Of a stretch of 62,000 bases of DNA, positions 58,907-62,000 are shown piece by piece. Each line of letters starts with the position of its first letter. Position 1 is the stretch's first letter. Made by a program: the position numbers and the translations under genes. Source of the DNA: Wallemia ichthyophaga EXF-994. Lineage: Eukaryota > Fungi > Basidiomycota. The DNA lies in assembly GCF_000400465.1 (NCBI RefSeq), contig NW_008806293.1:62601-124600 (forward strand). The letters run 5' to 3'. The notes below the pieces were generated by a model. It searched no databases. It saw nothing but the letters and a program-made list of their open reading frames with translations, and was not told where the DNA came from.

Positions 58907-61227
58907 ATGGCCGAAACTCAACCAGAAGCAGCGTCGACGAGTGCTTTACCAAAACCAAGCTACTATTATCCCACAGATGATGACAGCCAGTATATCCCAG
59001 TACCCGCCAACGATAATCCCGACGATGAAGATTACGTATGCAGAGGTGTCCCTGTTTTTGAGCCAACTATGGACGAATTTGTTGATTTCTACGACTATGT
59101 CCAGAAGATTGATAGATACGGCATGAAAGCGGGCATCGTAAAGGTTATTCCACCAGTTGAGTGGCTCGAGACGCTACCAGAATACAACGCATCCAATCTC
59201 GATAAAATTAAAATCAGACAGCCAATAGCCCAGCATATGCTTGGTCGAAGTGGTTTGTACAAGCAAACGAACGTCGTTAAGAGGAATGTGATGGGAATCG
59301 ATCAGTGGGCTTCTTTGGCTGGCTGCGGCCACGATGTTAAGCTGCAGTTCCCCACCCCTACACCACATCAACCCGATGATGTTCTCAGCGACTCTAGCAG
59401 ATTCACTAGAGGCAGAGGCTCGTCATCTAAGCTTAAAGACCCTCCGAGGAGAAAAAGGAGGAGAACTACCGCTGACAATTCTCAGTTACTAGATGAAGTC
59501 AAGACTGAGGATGCTTCATTCGCTAAAGATGAACCGAGTGACGAGCGCATGATTGATTTTGCTTCTCAAACGCAACCTCCAACTCCTAGTCATCCTTTGA
59601 ACGACAACACATCTCATTCTCAAAGCTCTCTCCCATCTGCAGAACTGCAAAGTAAATTATCAACACAATCAGCTCAAGGAGAAGGCTCTGCAGCACCTCA
59701 AAAGCCACCTCCAGCTAGAGTAGGCTCAGAAATCAGTGAAAGCACTGCAAAACCATCAGCCAAGAAGAGACGAGAAGAACTAGCGAATGAGTTTTATGAG
59801 GGGCTCAATATTCACGATGTATGGCTGCCTGACGATGCCAAGCATGAGGATTACGATGTAAAAGGATGCAAGCAGCTTGAAAAGCAATACTGGCGGACTT
59901 TAGGATTAGGCGATAATGAGATTAGCTGGTACGGAGCTGATTTGTCAGGTGAGATGTGCACCATTAACTTAAATCTAACTCAATCTAACCACTATTCACA
60001 GGGTCGCTTTTCAATGACAAAACCAAAAGCTGGAATGTGGCAAACCTGCCGTCGTATCTCACCGAAATCCTTAAAGAAGCTGGTGTCGGTGCACAGCTAC
60101 CTGGAGTCAACACACCGTACTTATACTTTGGTGCATGGCGAGCAACTTTCGCGTGGCACGTCGAGGACATGGATCTATACAGTATAAATTATATTCATTT
60201 CGGTGCACCTAAATTCTGGTACACGATTCCGCAGAAGCAGAAATGGAAATTCGAGAGACTGATGGCAGGTCTGTTCCCTGGGGAGTCTAAGCAATGTCCG
60301 GAATGGCTGCGCCATAAATCGTATCTCGCTTCGCCACACGTGTTAGCGTCACAAAACATCAAGCCGTCAGTGCTAGTGCAAAAGCAGAACGAGTTTGTGA
60401 TTACATTCCCACATGGCTACCACTCGGGTTTCAATATGGGCTTTAACTGCGCAGAGTCTGTCAATTTCGCTACTGAAGGATGGACCAAGTATGGAAGGAA
60501 GGCGCGTGCATGTACCTGTGTTGGCGACAGTGTGAAGATAGACGTAGATCAGCTGCTCGAGCGGATCGAGTATAGGAAGAGGGAGATGGAAGCTGAGAAG
60601 AAGGGGGTGGTGATGAAGATGTCTTTGGATGAATATCTACAGTCGAAGCGCGTCAAAGAGACGGCTGATGAACAGATATCCCATATAAAGATACTTGACT
60701 ACCTCGTACCTACATTCGCACCGCCGCATGATCAGCAGATTGCGTGGATGAAGTGGGGCGCTACGCAGCCAATTGAGGTGCAGCATGTGATCATCCAAGT
60801 TCCGTGGATGCAGGAATGTGTGAAGAATACGCTGAAATCGACGAATGAGAAGAAAGATCAGGCACAGAAGCAGGCACAGACAAAAAAGCAAGAGGAAGTG
60901 GCGCAAGAGGAGACGAATTCTCAGCAGCAGCAGCAGCAAACAAACCCAAATATTAACCATTCATTCGCACAGTCATCTGACACCTCCCTTATGCCATCTT
61001 ACAACTCATCATTACCATCATACCAAGCACATCAGACACATCAGGGACTACCAAATCACTACAATCACATATCATCATTGGCTACCTCACAGCAGGCTCA
61101 GCAGCATTCAACAGCAACGCAAGCACAAGTAGCACCAGCACAAGCACCATCATCAGCACACCCATTAGCACAATCACATTTAGCAGCATCCCAAACACAT
61201 TCGTCGCATCTTCCTGGAGGTATTTGA
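58907..61227 (+). CDS. RPH1: JmjN/JmjC histone demethylase, KDM4/Rph1 family
   Basis: JmjN GVPVFEPTMDEF..AGIVKVIPP; JmjC FAWHVEDMDLYSINYIHFGAPKFWY and HGYHSGFNMGFNCAES. Intron 59949-60001; Gln-rich tail. A short extra 3' exon is possible. Confidence 0.88.
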
Positions 61228-61402
61228 TCTCTTTTTGTGTTTGCATATATCTCACCTTGTATGAGTAGCACGTGTGTGTATGTTTGTGTGAAATGTGTTA
61301 ATTTTTAGACACTCGAATCGAAGTAAATGTTACATGTATAGGTAAACAACGTAAATAAAGTAAAAAGGATGGACAAAACTACGTAAAGTTGTATTGTTAT
61401 TG

Positions 61403-62000
61403 CTATTGCAGATAATGCAGGTAGCGTACAAGGAGAGTGTACAAGAGTACAGGATAAAGACATAGTGAAATTGATATTTCAATTGCGATTGCGAGTATGA
61501 GTGTGATTGAAGTCAAGATTGCGATTGCGTTTATGATTGCGAGTGTAAGTGAAAATTGTACATACAGGATGCGAACAAAGAACTGAGAACTAAACAAGAG
61601 TCGTGAGTGTTGAGAAAAAGTGCTGAGTAAAGTGGAGAGTAAGTGGAGGGTAAGTTGGAGAGTATTAAACTCTATCTGCACTATGGTTGTTCATTATCCG
61701 ACAAAAGAGGGATGTGAAGAGATAGGGTGAAGCGGAGGTAGCTGGATGGTCTATATCGATGTTGTGGGTATTATTGCCTTGGTTGTTACTGTTGCTGATA
61801 TGACTATTGCTATTGCCGCTGTCAGCCTGGTTGTCAACGCGGTTGTCGCGGCTATCTGTGATGTCAGCTTCTTCAAAGTGCTCGCTGATAGGGTGGAGTT
61901 CGTGAGCAGATTGAGAATGAGTACAACGAGAAAGTCTGAGAGCGTTTCTGAACGACTGCAACGAAACATGACGTCTGCCTGGGAGATGAGCGGTAGAGCG
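61403..62000 (-). CDS. 3' part of an unidentified gene running off the window
   Basis: An Asn/Ser-rich open frame at 61665-62000 is followed by a hydrophobic ORF ending at 61403. Splice junction not resolved. Confidence 0.35.

Overview
This is eukaryotic DNA from an extremely compact fungal genome. It has about 35 protein-coding genes with short (mostly 42-55 nt) GT-AG introns and tiny spacers. The proteins look basidiomycete, and the compactness suggests Wallemia (inference, not tested). Most genes are housekeeping: ERG6, CFIm25, PAM16, TIP20/RINT1, SYF1, NUC1, BUR6, TAD3, LSM2, RPA135, ALG2, TYS1, PRE4, CENP-I, NNF1, SRP101, RCL1, PRP16, a long-chain acyl-CoA ligase, DNA ligase IV, LIN1, IMP2, ATG2 and a KDM4/Rph1 demethylase. 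I found no transposon, CRISPR array, rRNA or tRNA. The main oddities are: (1) a near-zero-intergenic architecture, with interdigitated divergent start codons and a bacterial-style ATGA stop/start overlap; (2) a 1.2 kb orphan gap holding a telomere-template-like motif and flanking hairpins (speculative telomerase RNA); (3) a start codon that exists only after splicing; (4) a class I aldolase, a Siva-like zinc finger, head-to-head kinetochore genes and candidate STRIPAK subunits. Gene names come from recognised motifs, not database searches. Exon boundaries were read by eye and are unverified.
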